From Rhizaria sp. SCN 62-66 (lineage: Eukaryota), in the NCBI GenBank assembly GCA_001724265.1, contig MEDY01000141.1, positions 1 to 64,000 on the forward strand: a stretch of DNA of 64,000 bases. The letters are read 5' to 3'. The position numbers were made by a program, and so were the translations under genes. Positions within the stretch are counted from its first letter, which is position 1; each line of letters starts with the position of its first letter. A model generated the notes under the pieces. That model was not told where the DNA came from. It did not search any database and saw only the letters and a list, made by a program, of their open reading frames with translations. This document shows positions 15,201 to 27,200 of this stretch, one piece after another.

Positions 15201-18200
15201 GGGGGCCGGCGCGGTAGCTAGTGACAGTGTAAGCTTGAAGGTGTTAACTGTGGAAGCGTCGTACGCGGTGCGGATGGCCGCGCTGACGTTAACGGTCTCA
15301 CCAAAGATATTGCCAAGGGCGTCGTAATAGCGGCTTGAGAGAAACAGATCGTGTGCAGCGGTGACACCAAGAAGCTTGATGCTAAGCTCAGATGACGTCG
15401 GTGCAGCGGCAAGACCTGCCTTTAAAGTCGGCATTGCTGTCACAAGCAACCACTGGTCGGGCTTACCAATAGACACAATGAAGACTTCACGGTTAGCCAT
15501 AGACAACAAGGCAGGCGCGCTAAGCTGCGCAAACGCTGCGTTGTTCGAGAGAAGGGAGATCGAGAACTCTGCGGACACGGTGGTTGTTTCGTAATGGCCG
15601 TCGTCAGTTGTGCGGGATAACACTATGACAACGCCCGTTGTAGCACTCGCAAGCTTGAGCAAGACAATCTGATGCGCAAATGCAGTGAGCTTCATGTCCA
15701 CGATAGAACCGCCGGGTACGACTGCGGCGGTAATTGCCTCAAGTGACTCCAGGTTTACGCGGTGGATAATACTAAAGTCATCATTCTGAAAAAGGCGCAC
15801 AGCAATGAAAACGCAGTTGTTGCTCCCGGTGCGGCCGTTGGAGGCTGCGTGACAAATATCGACCGAGGTGACAGTGGCGCCATCGCGGTCATCGGTAAAG
15901 ATTGTTGTAACCGTGTTAGCATTCCAGAACAAAAGAACGCAAGCAGATCCCTGTTGCAAAACACGGGCGCAGACAACAAACCCCATGTTAAACGGCGAAC
16001 CAGCAACAGCGGTAATGACTGCCGTGTTGTCCGCTGCAAAGGGAAGCAGCGAGGTTGAGAAGCTCAGAAACCCGTTGAAGGAGAGGCTGTACACGTGCAC
16101 AGCGCTGCCAGCAGCAACAGTGACTGTTGCACCAGCACTGCGCAGGTGCCACGCCAACAGAATCGGTGCATGCAGAGGCAGCTCAGTATTACCAAGAGCA
16201 GCACTACTTAGTGACAGTTCGGGGAGCGAAACATCGGCAGTAATAAATGCCTCCTCTGAAGCAGTCTCAATGACAAGGATGCGGCGGTTGTCGACGTTAA
16301 CAAATAGCGTGGTTTCGTCAGGCGCAACAGTTATTGCGTAACGCGCACCATCTAAGTCGCTAATAAGCTCAACCCAAGCTGCGCCGCTGGCGCTAAGCTG
16401 GGGCTCGCGAAAGGCGCCAGTTGAATCGTAAGTGACGCCTTGCTTAATACTATACAACTTACCTTCACTGACCACATATAAATAGTTCCCGGAAAGTGAA
16501 GTCGCAGCCGCAGCAACTACAGAAAGCGCTGGCAGAGGATCAACTGATGTTGCGAGGCGCACGTTACGGGGAATCAAACGGTTGCGAGGCGCGGGAATTG
16601 CGGGAGTTGCCAGGGTCTGCGAAGAAACCAGCTTAGAGTTATTGTAGAACGCGAACGTAAACAGACTGGCCTTTTCAGAAGGCTCAAACGAGTCCAGTGC
16701 GCGTGCAGTATGAAACACGTCCGGGAATACAACAGTAACCGAGTCCGCAGTCTGGGCAAAGGCGGCTGGCACTGAGGTAGTGCAGCCGCAGGTGGCGGGC
16801 AAGAGCGCCGCAAGATCAGCAGCGGGGTCGGCGTGGGTAGTGGCAGTGTTAACAAACAGCAACGCACCATTTCCGGCAGCAGGGCAATCGCCGTAAGCAA
16901 CAGGTATAGTATCGAAGCTTGTACCGGTCATGTGCGTGAGCATTATGGTTGACTGGGAGCTAGTGCCGGAAGGCAGCGTGAAGCAGATGCGAGTTGCATA
17001 ATTCGGCAGCGACTTTAGGTGCAGACGCAGAGCAATCGAGAACTTGTCACCGAGACCAGCAAAGCCTCTAAGAGGACTTGCATTAGAGCTGTAAAAAGGC
17101 ACAGGGCCCACAGTGGCAAGCGTGCTACTCTTGCTAAGAAAGTCGAGCTCTGTACCTGCAGTAAATGCAAGAGGTACCAATGGCTCGACAACATTCACCG
17201 CATTGTTGATGGCGGTTGTGCTCGTGAGAGAGCTGGTTATACTCGCGCTGCTTACAGCGGTAAAGTAGCGCGCCGTCTTAGAGGCCGTGTTTCCGAGACG
17301 CATTGCAACGCGGGCCGGGGTAGCGCTGCTGAGCAGGTTGCGCATAGTTGCGCCTGCCCCGTAGCGCAGGTGAGAAGTGCGGATCACACAGGCAGTGTCA
17401 GCGGCAAAAGCTGTGGGGGTGTAGTGCAACGAGTAATGGAGGGTCGGACGCGCAAGCAAGGCGCCAGAGCTATCATGCGCAAATGGGGAAAGTGCAATCT
17501 TCGGTGCGTCCAGCTCAACGGAAGGAAAGCCACTGCATTGCATCGTGGTCTGACTGAAGGTTGGCACAAAAAGCCGCATGTTATTAAAATCAGCTTCAGC
17601 AGCAAGCTGGTGCTCAAGAAACAGCGCAAGGGACGATGTGGCGATAATGTGTGCTCCCGCAGGCACAGTAACAGAGAGCTCAATGGATAAGCTACGGTCA
17701 TATGAAGATCCGAAAGGAACGGGGGCAACGACAACAGTCGCGGGCGCAGACGCAGGGTAGCCAAAATCACTGCGCAAAGGCTCCGTTGCGTAAGCTGCAT
17801 TTTCAAGAGGGGCAAACGATGCCGATGCAATTGAAACCGTGTACACCGCGTTGTACTGTGCTGTTTGTGCGTCAACGGTTACGTTGCGGAACAAAACAAG
17901 GAGCGGCTTGCGTACAGGCCAACCATGAGCCAGCGTGACAATGAGTTGAGATGCTGAGCTTGCGGTTCCGACTATCGAGCCCAAGACCTCAACACGATCA
18001 ATGTCGTAGACTGCGCCAGTGACGACAGGCGCGGAGGCGGACACCCAGGGGAGAGTTACAGTGAGCGAGTGGCCGGGAGGTACACCGAGAGCCGAGGTCA
18101 CCACAAGCGCGAAGTCAAGAAGGTCAACGTCAGCAAACACAGTGGGGTAATATGGGAGCTCAGAGGGCAGCGCAACTGCGTCAGCGGGGAAGCCATCGGC

Positions 18201-21200
18201 GGTCGTGGAATAGAAGAATCCATACTGAGATGCGGCGATGTTCTGAGTTACATCTGAGGCAACAGTAGTATCCGACAGCGTGACGACGGTGGTGCCTGTC
18301 GTTGAGGTGACTGTAAGCAATGAAATTGAAGAAACACAGTACACACCCGGCACAACAACCTTGAAAGGACCAGCGCCCGCGACCGCGGGAAGTATAGTAC
18401 AACTCGACACAGGATACGAGTCTGCGGTATCAGTGGTGAAATCCTGGAAACTGAGACGCTTTAAATTGTCGCCAATGGTCAGTGTTTCATGGGCGCGCAC
18501 GGGCACAAAGTGGCAGTTGGCGTCAAAGGAAAGAGATAGAGCCATACCATTGAGAGCGTCATCGCTAAGCCCGGTAAACGTGAGCTCAAGCACGGGCACG
18601 GTCTCAACTTCAAACGCGCGTGAAGTGATGCGACCTGTGACGGGCAAAGGCAAAGTCGATTGGTCGGTAGGCAGCGTAGCCGTGAAGACGTAGCGGCGCT
18701 GGCCGCCAGCGGAGAGCACGGTAAACGTGAGATAGTCCGCACCAGCGCCAGCAACAAGGCTTCTAAACGCAATTTTAATTGCGCTATGAGCTGCACCCAA
18801 ACAAATAAAATACGGAGCAGCAACTGAGAGTATAAAAGCACGGTTGGTCTGCTTCTGTACGGTAAGCGCAACAGGCGACTGCGCGGCACCGGTCATGTCC
18901 CACGCCGGTGAGAGCGTGTACACTGCGTCGTTATAAGTCTGCATTGTAGCCGGGTCAAGTGCGCTTTGCGGCAACACAAGCTCAATTACGTCGCTCGACT
19001 CAAGGGCAATTGCACCAGCGTTGCAAAGACTTGCAGGAATGTCAAGCTCGTAGTGCTCAGTGGTAGCCGCGGCGTCGCTAGTAGCGGCAATCGTAGTTGT
19101 ATGCACTGTGGCAATTGGCAGTGCGTGAAGGCGAGGCAGCGCAATTGCACCGGTATAGAGAAGTGCAGGTGAAACCACAATGTCAGCAAATATATTCACG
19201 CGCAGCAATGTAGCCTCCTCAGCAATATGCGTGGGCGTAAAAGCTGATGCGATATGGACAACCCACTCGCCTTCAGCAAGGAACGTACATGGGGTCAAGA
19301 AGCACGACAAGCTTTGGGCGCCATTTTGCGCACTAACGTCTGAGACAACGCTGCATGTAAGAGCACACATATTGCCACTTTGCTCAAGAGTAAGCTCCCC
19401 ATCCCCACCTGTTCCAAGAATGAAATATGCCGATGTTGAAGTCCCACCAAGCAGGCTCAACTCAAGAGAGTATTCTGCAGCGGTATTAAAAACAGGAACC
19501 GTTACGCGCACAGACAAGGCACCACTGTGCAGACCAGAAACAGGTCCAAAGACAGCGTTGTCGACGGTCATGTCCATGGGGCCACCACCTAGGGGCGCCA
19601 GCAGAGCGACAGCGCGCGCGCGGCCCCACACAAGGCGGAGCTCCAACGAATCGCGAACAAGCGGCAGTGTGGACGAGATAACGACATTCATGCGCGTAAC
19701 GCCAGTGGTTGCAAGGCAGGGCTGCATCGCAATGGGACCGCCAGCGACAGCAGGGGTCAGCAGAGTTGCAACTGGGTGCATGCATTGGGCGGACTCGAGC
19801 ATAACAGTAGGGCCAGCATCAGCACCAGCACGGTGCAGGATCAACGTCGGTGCAGTGGCGCTGGTGCTAGTAAACAGCTCGGGCCACGATACCGAGCAAA
19901 TAACCTTCTGTTCGCTCCCGCTGGTGTATGATGTGCAGTCTGCAGCGACAACAACAGGCGCAGTCGAGATTGTGGTGCTGGCAGTCGTGGAGGAGACAAC
20001 AATGGTTGTTTCAGTGGCAAAACCAAGATTGTTCCACGCGTCAAGTAAATCAGACACTGTGTTGTTCTCGCCTACAGTGGCAACATGGCTGATAACAAAA
20101 AATGTAGCGGCAGTGTCCATTTCAAAAGGTGCAGTCACATCCGTCACTGTGACGACAAAGTGTGCGTTAGATGATGCTAGAGAAAGTGTGACAGAATTGG
20201 ACTCAACAGAAGCAGGTGTGGTAGCAACTCCACCGTCAACAACAACACTATACTTGGCTGCAGAGTATAAGAATGTGGCGGTGGGGAGAGAGACGACAAC
20301 GAACTCGGTCAGATGTGCGAGAGGCTCAGCGTCAAGCGCAATTGTGACTGTAAACACGGCAACCTCGTCAGCAGACATTTCCACAGTAGCAGTGGCGGTG
20401 ATGTATTGAGGTTGCGCAAAGGCGCAGGCCTGCTGTGCCGGAGTCGCAAACGATGCAATCGGCACAGAAGCATAAGGACTCATGTCTGTGCCGTCGGTGG
20501 TCATAATGCTGACAATGTCAAATGAGTTGACAAGTGTTGCAGCGCGCTCCACGGAAACGCTTAGGACGCACGGTGCGAGTTGTGTGCACACGCTCGTCGC
20601 GCCTGTTGGCATTGTGGGAGTAAACGTTACGGCGCCATTTGCGTGCACCGCAGTCCAGTCAACTGCACCTGAACTGAACACCTCCGCGGCGGCAAAAGGG
20701 GTCATGGTCAAAGAGCTTTTCTCAGCAAGTGAGACAACAAATTCAAGGTTACTAGTGGGCTGTAAGCGTAACTCCGCAAGTGTAATTTTGACAATGAGCT
20801 CACCCGCTGCGTTTGCGCCGAGCGAGGCGGAAACCATGGGATGAGTCCACGGGGGATGAACATGATTCCCAACTGAATCGTGTCCGTCCGCAATAAGAAT
20901 AGCCTCCAAGCAGCGACTGCCCCAATATGCGGGCGCGTCAAACGCCTCAGACTCAGTGCTTAGCGAGCTGTATCCAAAAGCAAAAACGTCCGCGGGAAAG
21001 AAGGGCCCGCCATTGCAGCGTGCTATAAGGTCAGTTTGAGTGGCCGACTCGAACGCGCAGTTTGAAGAGCGTGCGTGGAATCCTGCGCTACCTGCCGCAG
21101 TAAAAGACACGCCCGATGGACAATTGTCACTAGTCGTTAACATGCTAAGCGCGATTGTAATGGTTGCGGACTGGATTACGGTAGTAAGCACCAACACTGT

Positions 21201-24200
21201 ATCCAGGCGCGCAGTCGACACACCGCCTGCCTGCGCAGTTTCACGCTGGAGCGTGGCTTGTACCATGAACACGTTCTTGGGGGGCAGCGCACCAACGGCA
21301 ACTTCTCCCAGCGACTCCTGGTAAAGGCCGTTTACAGGATGTGTTGTCAGCCGGAAGCAGCTCTTGTCAAGTCCTTTATCAGGTCCATAGCCGCTGGCGT
21401 TAACACCAACAAGCGAGTAGGCCCCAACAAGCTTGATATTGACAAAGCGGTTAACAGGCGTCGGCCCGCAGCCAGAAGAGATAAACACGTAATCGAGAGT
21501 AGTGTCCGCACTGAACATATTATTGCACGATGAAGCGAGGTTCAGTGTCGTAACGTTAGTGGCAGTCGCAATTGACGTTGCAAGCACGCCGCATGTAGGC
21601 GTTGCACTCGCTGTTACACTGAGCGTTTGGTTGGCAAGCACAGGATCATTAAGGAATAGAAACAGGTTAAGATCTGCATGAAATGAGTCACCAGCCCATT
21701 TAATGCCAGAGAGAACAGCCTGAAACGCGAAAGTCGACGGTGGAAGAACCGCGGGAGCAAGCAAGCTGCCACCATTGAGCGCAAGCAGCGTATGCACAGC
21801 CATCTCGCCATTGTACAGCTCCAGCGCAAGAACGCTTTGGAAGTCGGACGCATCAAACGTGCCAAGCTCGAAGGGAACCTCAAGCGTTGTGAACAGCGCA
21901 AGTGCAGTCTTTTGTCCCGTTGCAAAGGTACAAGCAACATTGCTATCTGATCCGGAGATGTAGGCGCAGTCGGTGTGACCAGAGTTGGGAGTTGGCAATG
22001 CGCGCGTTGCAAGCTGGAAGGTAGAGGTAAAAGCGTTGGTGTTCGTGATAGGTTGGATGAAGTAAAACTGTAGCAAGAAGATTTGATTCGTCAGTGCAAG
22101 CGCGTCAGGCGTTGTGGTGTTCTCGCCAGTGATTATGGCGGATACAGTCACGCGCTCACTTAGGAGTACCGTGAATGAAGGTTTCGAAATGGCGGGGTCA
22201 AGGCGACTGAATCCCAAATCGGTGTTAATAGCCGCAAAAGCGGGCTGACCCAAAGCGGTAACAAGCAACGCGCCAGAGCGAACAAGCGGGACAACGTGTT
22301 CGTACTCACCAAAAGTTGCAACGGTTGCACTAAAGCGCAAGGTGCGAGGTTGAAAGAAGCGCGCTGTTGCGTGAGCGGGAACCGCAGCACAATGTGTGGC
22401 GGTAATTGTTGTCGCGTTTGTAACAGTGATGCTGCAACCAAGGTCGCTGCCGGTTGCAATCACGGTCATGGCACTGCCAGCGAAGGCAATCAATGCAGCC
22501 ACTTCGGAGTTGTCAACACGAAGAACAAAGCCCCAGTCCGTAACAAGCGTTGCCGCGGCGCCATGGGGATACACGGTCAGCTCCCATGTGAGCGTTACGG
22601 GTGCCGACGTGTAGTTCACAGAAGGATCAACAGCGGTTGTGACTGAGGCGCCGACAGGGTAGAACAGGAAGTCAAATGGACGCGTGACAGCGCCAACAAA
22701 TACGGTAGTGTCGCCACCCCATGCTGCTGTCATACTTCCAGATACAAAACTTAACGAAAAGCACGTGCTCTCAATGCTATAAAGACTTTGCTCGGCGACG
22801 TCAAAGCTCAACGCATACTGGGCGGAAAGAGCAATAGTGGTGTTGGACACAGCCGCACTTTCAGCAAGTTGGACCGTGACTGCTAATCCGGCGCACACAG
22901 TAGTGAGCTGCCAGGCGGGCGCCACACTCTGCGTCCAAACCGGCGTCAGAAACATATCGAGCCCGAGCACCAAGAAATGCGTGGCGTCGGAAGATGCCGC
23001 AGGCGCCACGTGGCGTGAGACCTGCATAACACGCCAAAAGTAGTCCGGCGCGTTTGTAGGTCGCAGCTCGAGATCAGCTTCAGCAATGACACCTAGTAAC
23101 GGATTTCCAGGCGTACGCAGGCGCATCGCAGATGCCAGCATCTTGAAAGGGTCGCTTGCAGCCGCGCGATGCAGATGGTTGCTGTAGTATGCGAAGCGCA
23201 AGCCCTGCACAGTGCACGAGAAGGGCACTTCGGGAACAAAGGAACCAATGAGTTCAACGCTGAGCGTAAGCGCGGACTTGGCCGCAAGCGCGCACGATGC
23301 GCCACCCACAGTCACCTGCGAGAAGTCGAAGGCGTTAGCGTCCGCGGCGTCAAAGTAAATCTTCATCCCTGCGTCCAACACCTCACCGCTGATAATCTCG
23401 AGCGCGCCTCCTAAAATGGGCTGAAGGTTTAAGTGTGTGGCCTCTGGGTTCAGTGCGAGTGACGTAGCAGTGTAGGTAAAGCGCACAAGTGGTACGCGGC
23501 CAAGACTAGCGGGGCCAACGGGCGTGATCAACGCCGAGTCAGCAACAGCCATAAAGCGGAAGCAGCTAGCAGGCACAACGCCGCTGGCAATGGTAGGCAT
23601 AGTCTCGACGCGCGGCGCAGTAAAGGCGCCGGGCACGTAAAACACAGCTTCGCGAGGTTGCGGCGCAGAGATACAGGTTGCGTTGAGTGCGAAACCAGCA
23701 AAGCCAGTCAAGTAATTTGCGCATGTAGAGTCTGCCCCAAGGTTAAATGTGTGTGCAGGCACAGTTGCTGAGACTGCACCACAATCAGCTGTCAAAGCAA
23801 AAGAATGCGCAATTACGGTGGCGCCAAGTGGAAAAATGTAGGCGTTAAAGTCCGCAGTTACGTTGGTACCAACCCAGTGGCGTGTCGGCAGCTCCACGTG
23901 TACCGCAAAACGCGGGTTAGTGGGATCCAGTGGAGAAACCAGCGAGACGCTCGCCAGCGCAGACAGAGTAGCGGAGGGCAGCGCGGCAAGGCCATGCGGC
24001 GTGCTCTGCAGCGTGAAGATAAAGTCGACGGGTACCGCAATGCTAGCCGTGTACGGCAGCTTGAACGTGGCCATGACAGACGCCGCAAGCTTGGTGTAGT
24101 CGGGAATTGTGCATTGAACGTAACCAAGGGTCAGTGTAGAGCAGTTACTGGTGGGGCTGGTAGGTGCAGCTGTGGCCAGTGTTGCGAGTGCATAGGAGAA

Positions 24201-27200
24201 GTTCAATGCGAAAGCATCAGTGCGGCGGAGGAAGAAGACATTGAGCCTGTAAACCTGCTCGGTCTCGGCAACAGGAGCAGGGGGCTAGGCGACTGGGTCA
24301 TTTACCGTCACCAAAGTCACCATCTTGCGCCATAGATGCACTTGAACAACTGCGGTCGGTGCGGCCAGTGTAAGTTCTGTGATGTCGGTGTTGCGCTGAG
24401 GAGCCAATGCGGAAGGTGCCGAGGCAAGTGCAAGGAACGCGCCGTCAGTGCCGTTGTAAGCCGCAGTGTAGATAGCCTCGTAGTGATTGTGACGCATGCG
24501 CACAGGGCCAAAGCGGAGAGACACGGGCGCAAACATCTCCCTGGCGTTGCTCGCTACAGAAGAGCATGCACTAAACGTGACGCTACCTGCCGTAAAGGTC
24601 AGAGAGCATCCCGCAGAAGCAACACCACCGAAGCCCGTGACGCTCAACACAGAACGCGCAGTGACGCTGTCATCGGCAAGGGCGGTTGCAAGCGCACCTG
24701 TTGCAGTGAGGACAGCGCCCCAGCCAGCCGCCAGGGCCGTGTGCGGGAACACAGTCATCTCAAGAGTAGTCTCAACCCAAGCTTGCTCGGGCGCTGTGCT
24801 GGCGACTTCTGCTCCCGCTGAAATCATTGCAGCTGAGACGGGAAAAAGCGTGAAATCGAGCGCCCATGTTGCTGTGGAGGGAATGTCGGCGCGGAGGCCA
24901 ACAAATCCCGCGACACCGGTGGGGATCTGCAGCTCAATGCATGCACCAAGATCAAGCGGTGAGTACGTCGAGCTTGTGTAGAGAAATGACACGGAGAAAC
25001 CCGCGGCAACCTCCGTGATGCGATACCCCGTGCTGTTGTTAAGCGTGAACGATGGACCCGCGGCCGCGCCAACAAGCGTAACGCCAGCGGTACATGCGGC
25101 CTTTACGGCCACAGTAACAGGGCCTGAGGTTGCGACTGTCGGTGTGGTAGGAAGCAGTGTAAATGCAACTTCCGTGCGGAGAACCTGCGCGGCGGCTGAC
25201 GCCAGAGGCGCGCGCATTACACGTCGATCAACAACACGGTATGCCCAAAACAGCGGCGCGACTGACGCTGGTCGAAGGTTAAGTGCATTGGGAATAAGAG
25301 TGCGCATGTTGCCTTCGAATGCAACTAACGTGACTGCGCTCGTGCGCAAGACGTACGGGTCCAGCGCCGACTGGCGATGCGCTGCATTGTCATAGTCAAG
25401 GAGAAGAGCGCCAATCGGGCACGTGACAACATCATTGGGGGCGTGCGTTGTTGTGAATCCAATGCGAATAATCCGCTGTGAGCGCTGCAGCAATGTGCAG
25501 CCACCGGTAAGCGTAACGTTCGTGAAGTCAAGCGTGTTTAATTCAGCCTGAAGCTCAAACCAATAATCTGCTGCTGTCGTGTCAAGCAAAGTAATCGTCA
25601 AGGTACCGGAAACCACAGTCACATATTGCGTTGCTGTGATCTGCGCCATTGTTAACGTGCTTGCTGTGTAAACAATGTCGGGGGTAGGAGGCGCAAGTGA
25701 CTGTGCAATAATAGAGTTGGTCTGCTCTGCACCCAGGTGATACTGAAAGCACGTCTCAGGGAGCACCCTGGCTTGGTAAAACGCGTTGGTTTGAAAGTTA
25801 GACATAGCGTAGCCGTCTGTCACTAGCACAGTGAAGGCCTTTGGCTGCGGACTTGGTACACACGCATTAGTAATCTTCATAGGGCTAATTGTTGAGTTGC
25901 TCGCGCACGCGGTGGTCAAGTTCAAAAAGCTAAGGTTGGCGGCAACAGCCAGATTCCGTGCCACGCCGCAGTCACTGGAGGACAAAACCAACGAGAGGTT
26001 ACTGGCACGATAGAAGTCCGACGCCAGAGGAAACACCACAAGCACAAGGCGCGAAACAAGATTACCGCCACTCAGCACAAACTTATCGAGTGCGACAACG
26101 AAATTAAAAGGGATCACAGGCACAACCGCAAGTTCAAGCAGTGAGCCACCGACAAAAGCGTTGTGAGTTCCCGTATATGCGATCGGGGCAAGAGCAAGTC
26201 CGGCAGGCTCAAGCTTTTCGTATGTAGCGCTAAGGGCAAAACCAAAGTTGGTCGTGTTAAAAGACGCAATGTCCCACGCTACAGTAAATGTCATGGTGAA
26301 CGTAATTAGCTGCAACGGCACGCTAGTGTTAGGAGTGGCGCAAGTGACTGTGCGCGTGGTCGCGACCGCAGTGCACCCCGACGGGACGACGGCAGCTTGA
26401 TCACTCGTGAGTAGCGAGTTATCGTAGCTAAAAGTGAAAGAGGCTGCAGTCACTTTTCGCATCAGGTACAGGCTTGCGCGATAGGTCTGAAGCGTCTTTG
26501 CAACTGCAGAGGGTGTCGTTGTGCCGAGTCCATTCATAGTAACCGCAGATACACGCTTTGTGCGAAACTCAACGTGATAGGTCGGTTTGGAGAGAGTTGT
26601 ATCAACGCCAAACTCAGATGTGATATCGTTGATTTGTGAGTTCGCGCTGCTCTGCCACACAGATTCAAACCAGCGCGTGCCTGTGGGGGCTAAGGGGTCC
26701 GTAAAAACGTTGTGGTACGCGTTGAACGTTGTACGTACAGGGCCGATGCGCAACACACGCGGCAGATACTGGCCAGCTGTAGAAGTCACAGAGATGGATG
26801 AGCACGCCGTCATACTAAGCTCGGTTGTGGACACGTAGGTAGCAGAACAGCCGCCGTCAGTGAACGCGGTCGCGCCGACCACGGCAACCTTGGTTGTGGT
26901 TGAGAGGAATGACATCACCGCCGGCTTTGTAATGCGCAGATTGAATGTCCAGCCCGGTGTCATTTGTGCGGATGCGTACAGATACACGTGCCAGTATGAG
27001 TCAACCATTGCAAGCCCGGCAACATCTTTGTCCGAGGTAACAAGCCCAGTCACAAGTGCCGCCGTGTGAGGATTAGTGCCAACAAGCAGGCCACGGGTGA
27101 CAGTCACGGTCGACAAAACAGCGCTTGCGGTTGTTGTCGATGTCAGCGTGGCTGTCGTGTTGATCGAGAGTGCAAGGCAAGTGTTGAGCACAAAGTTGTA

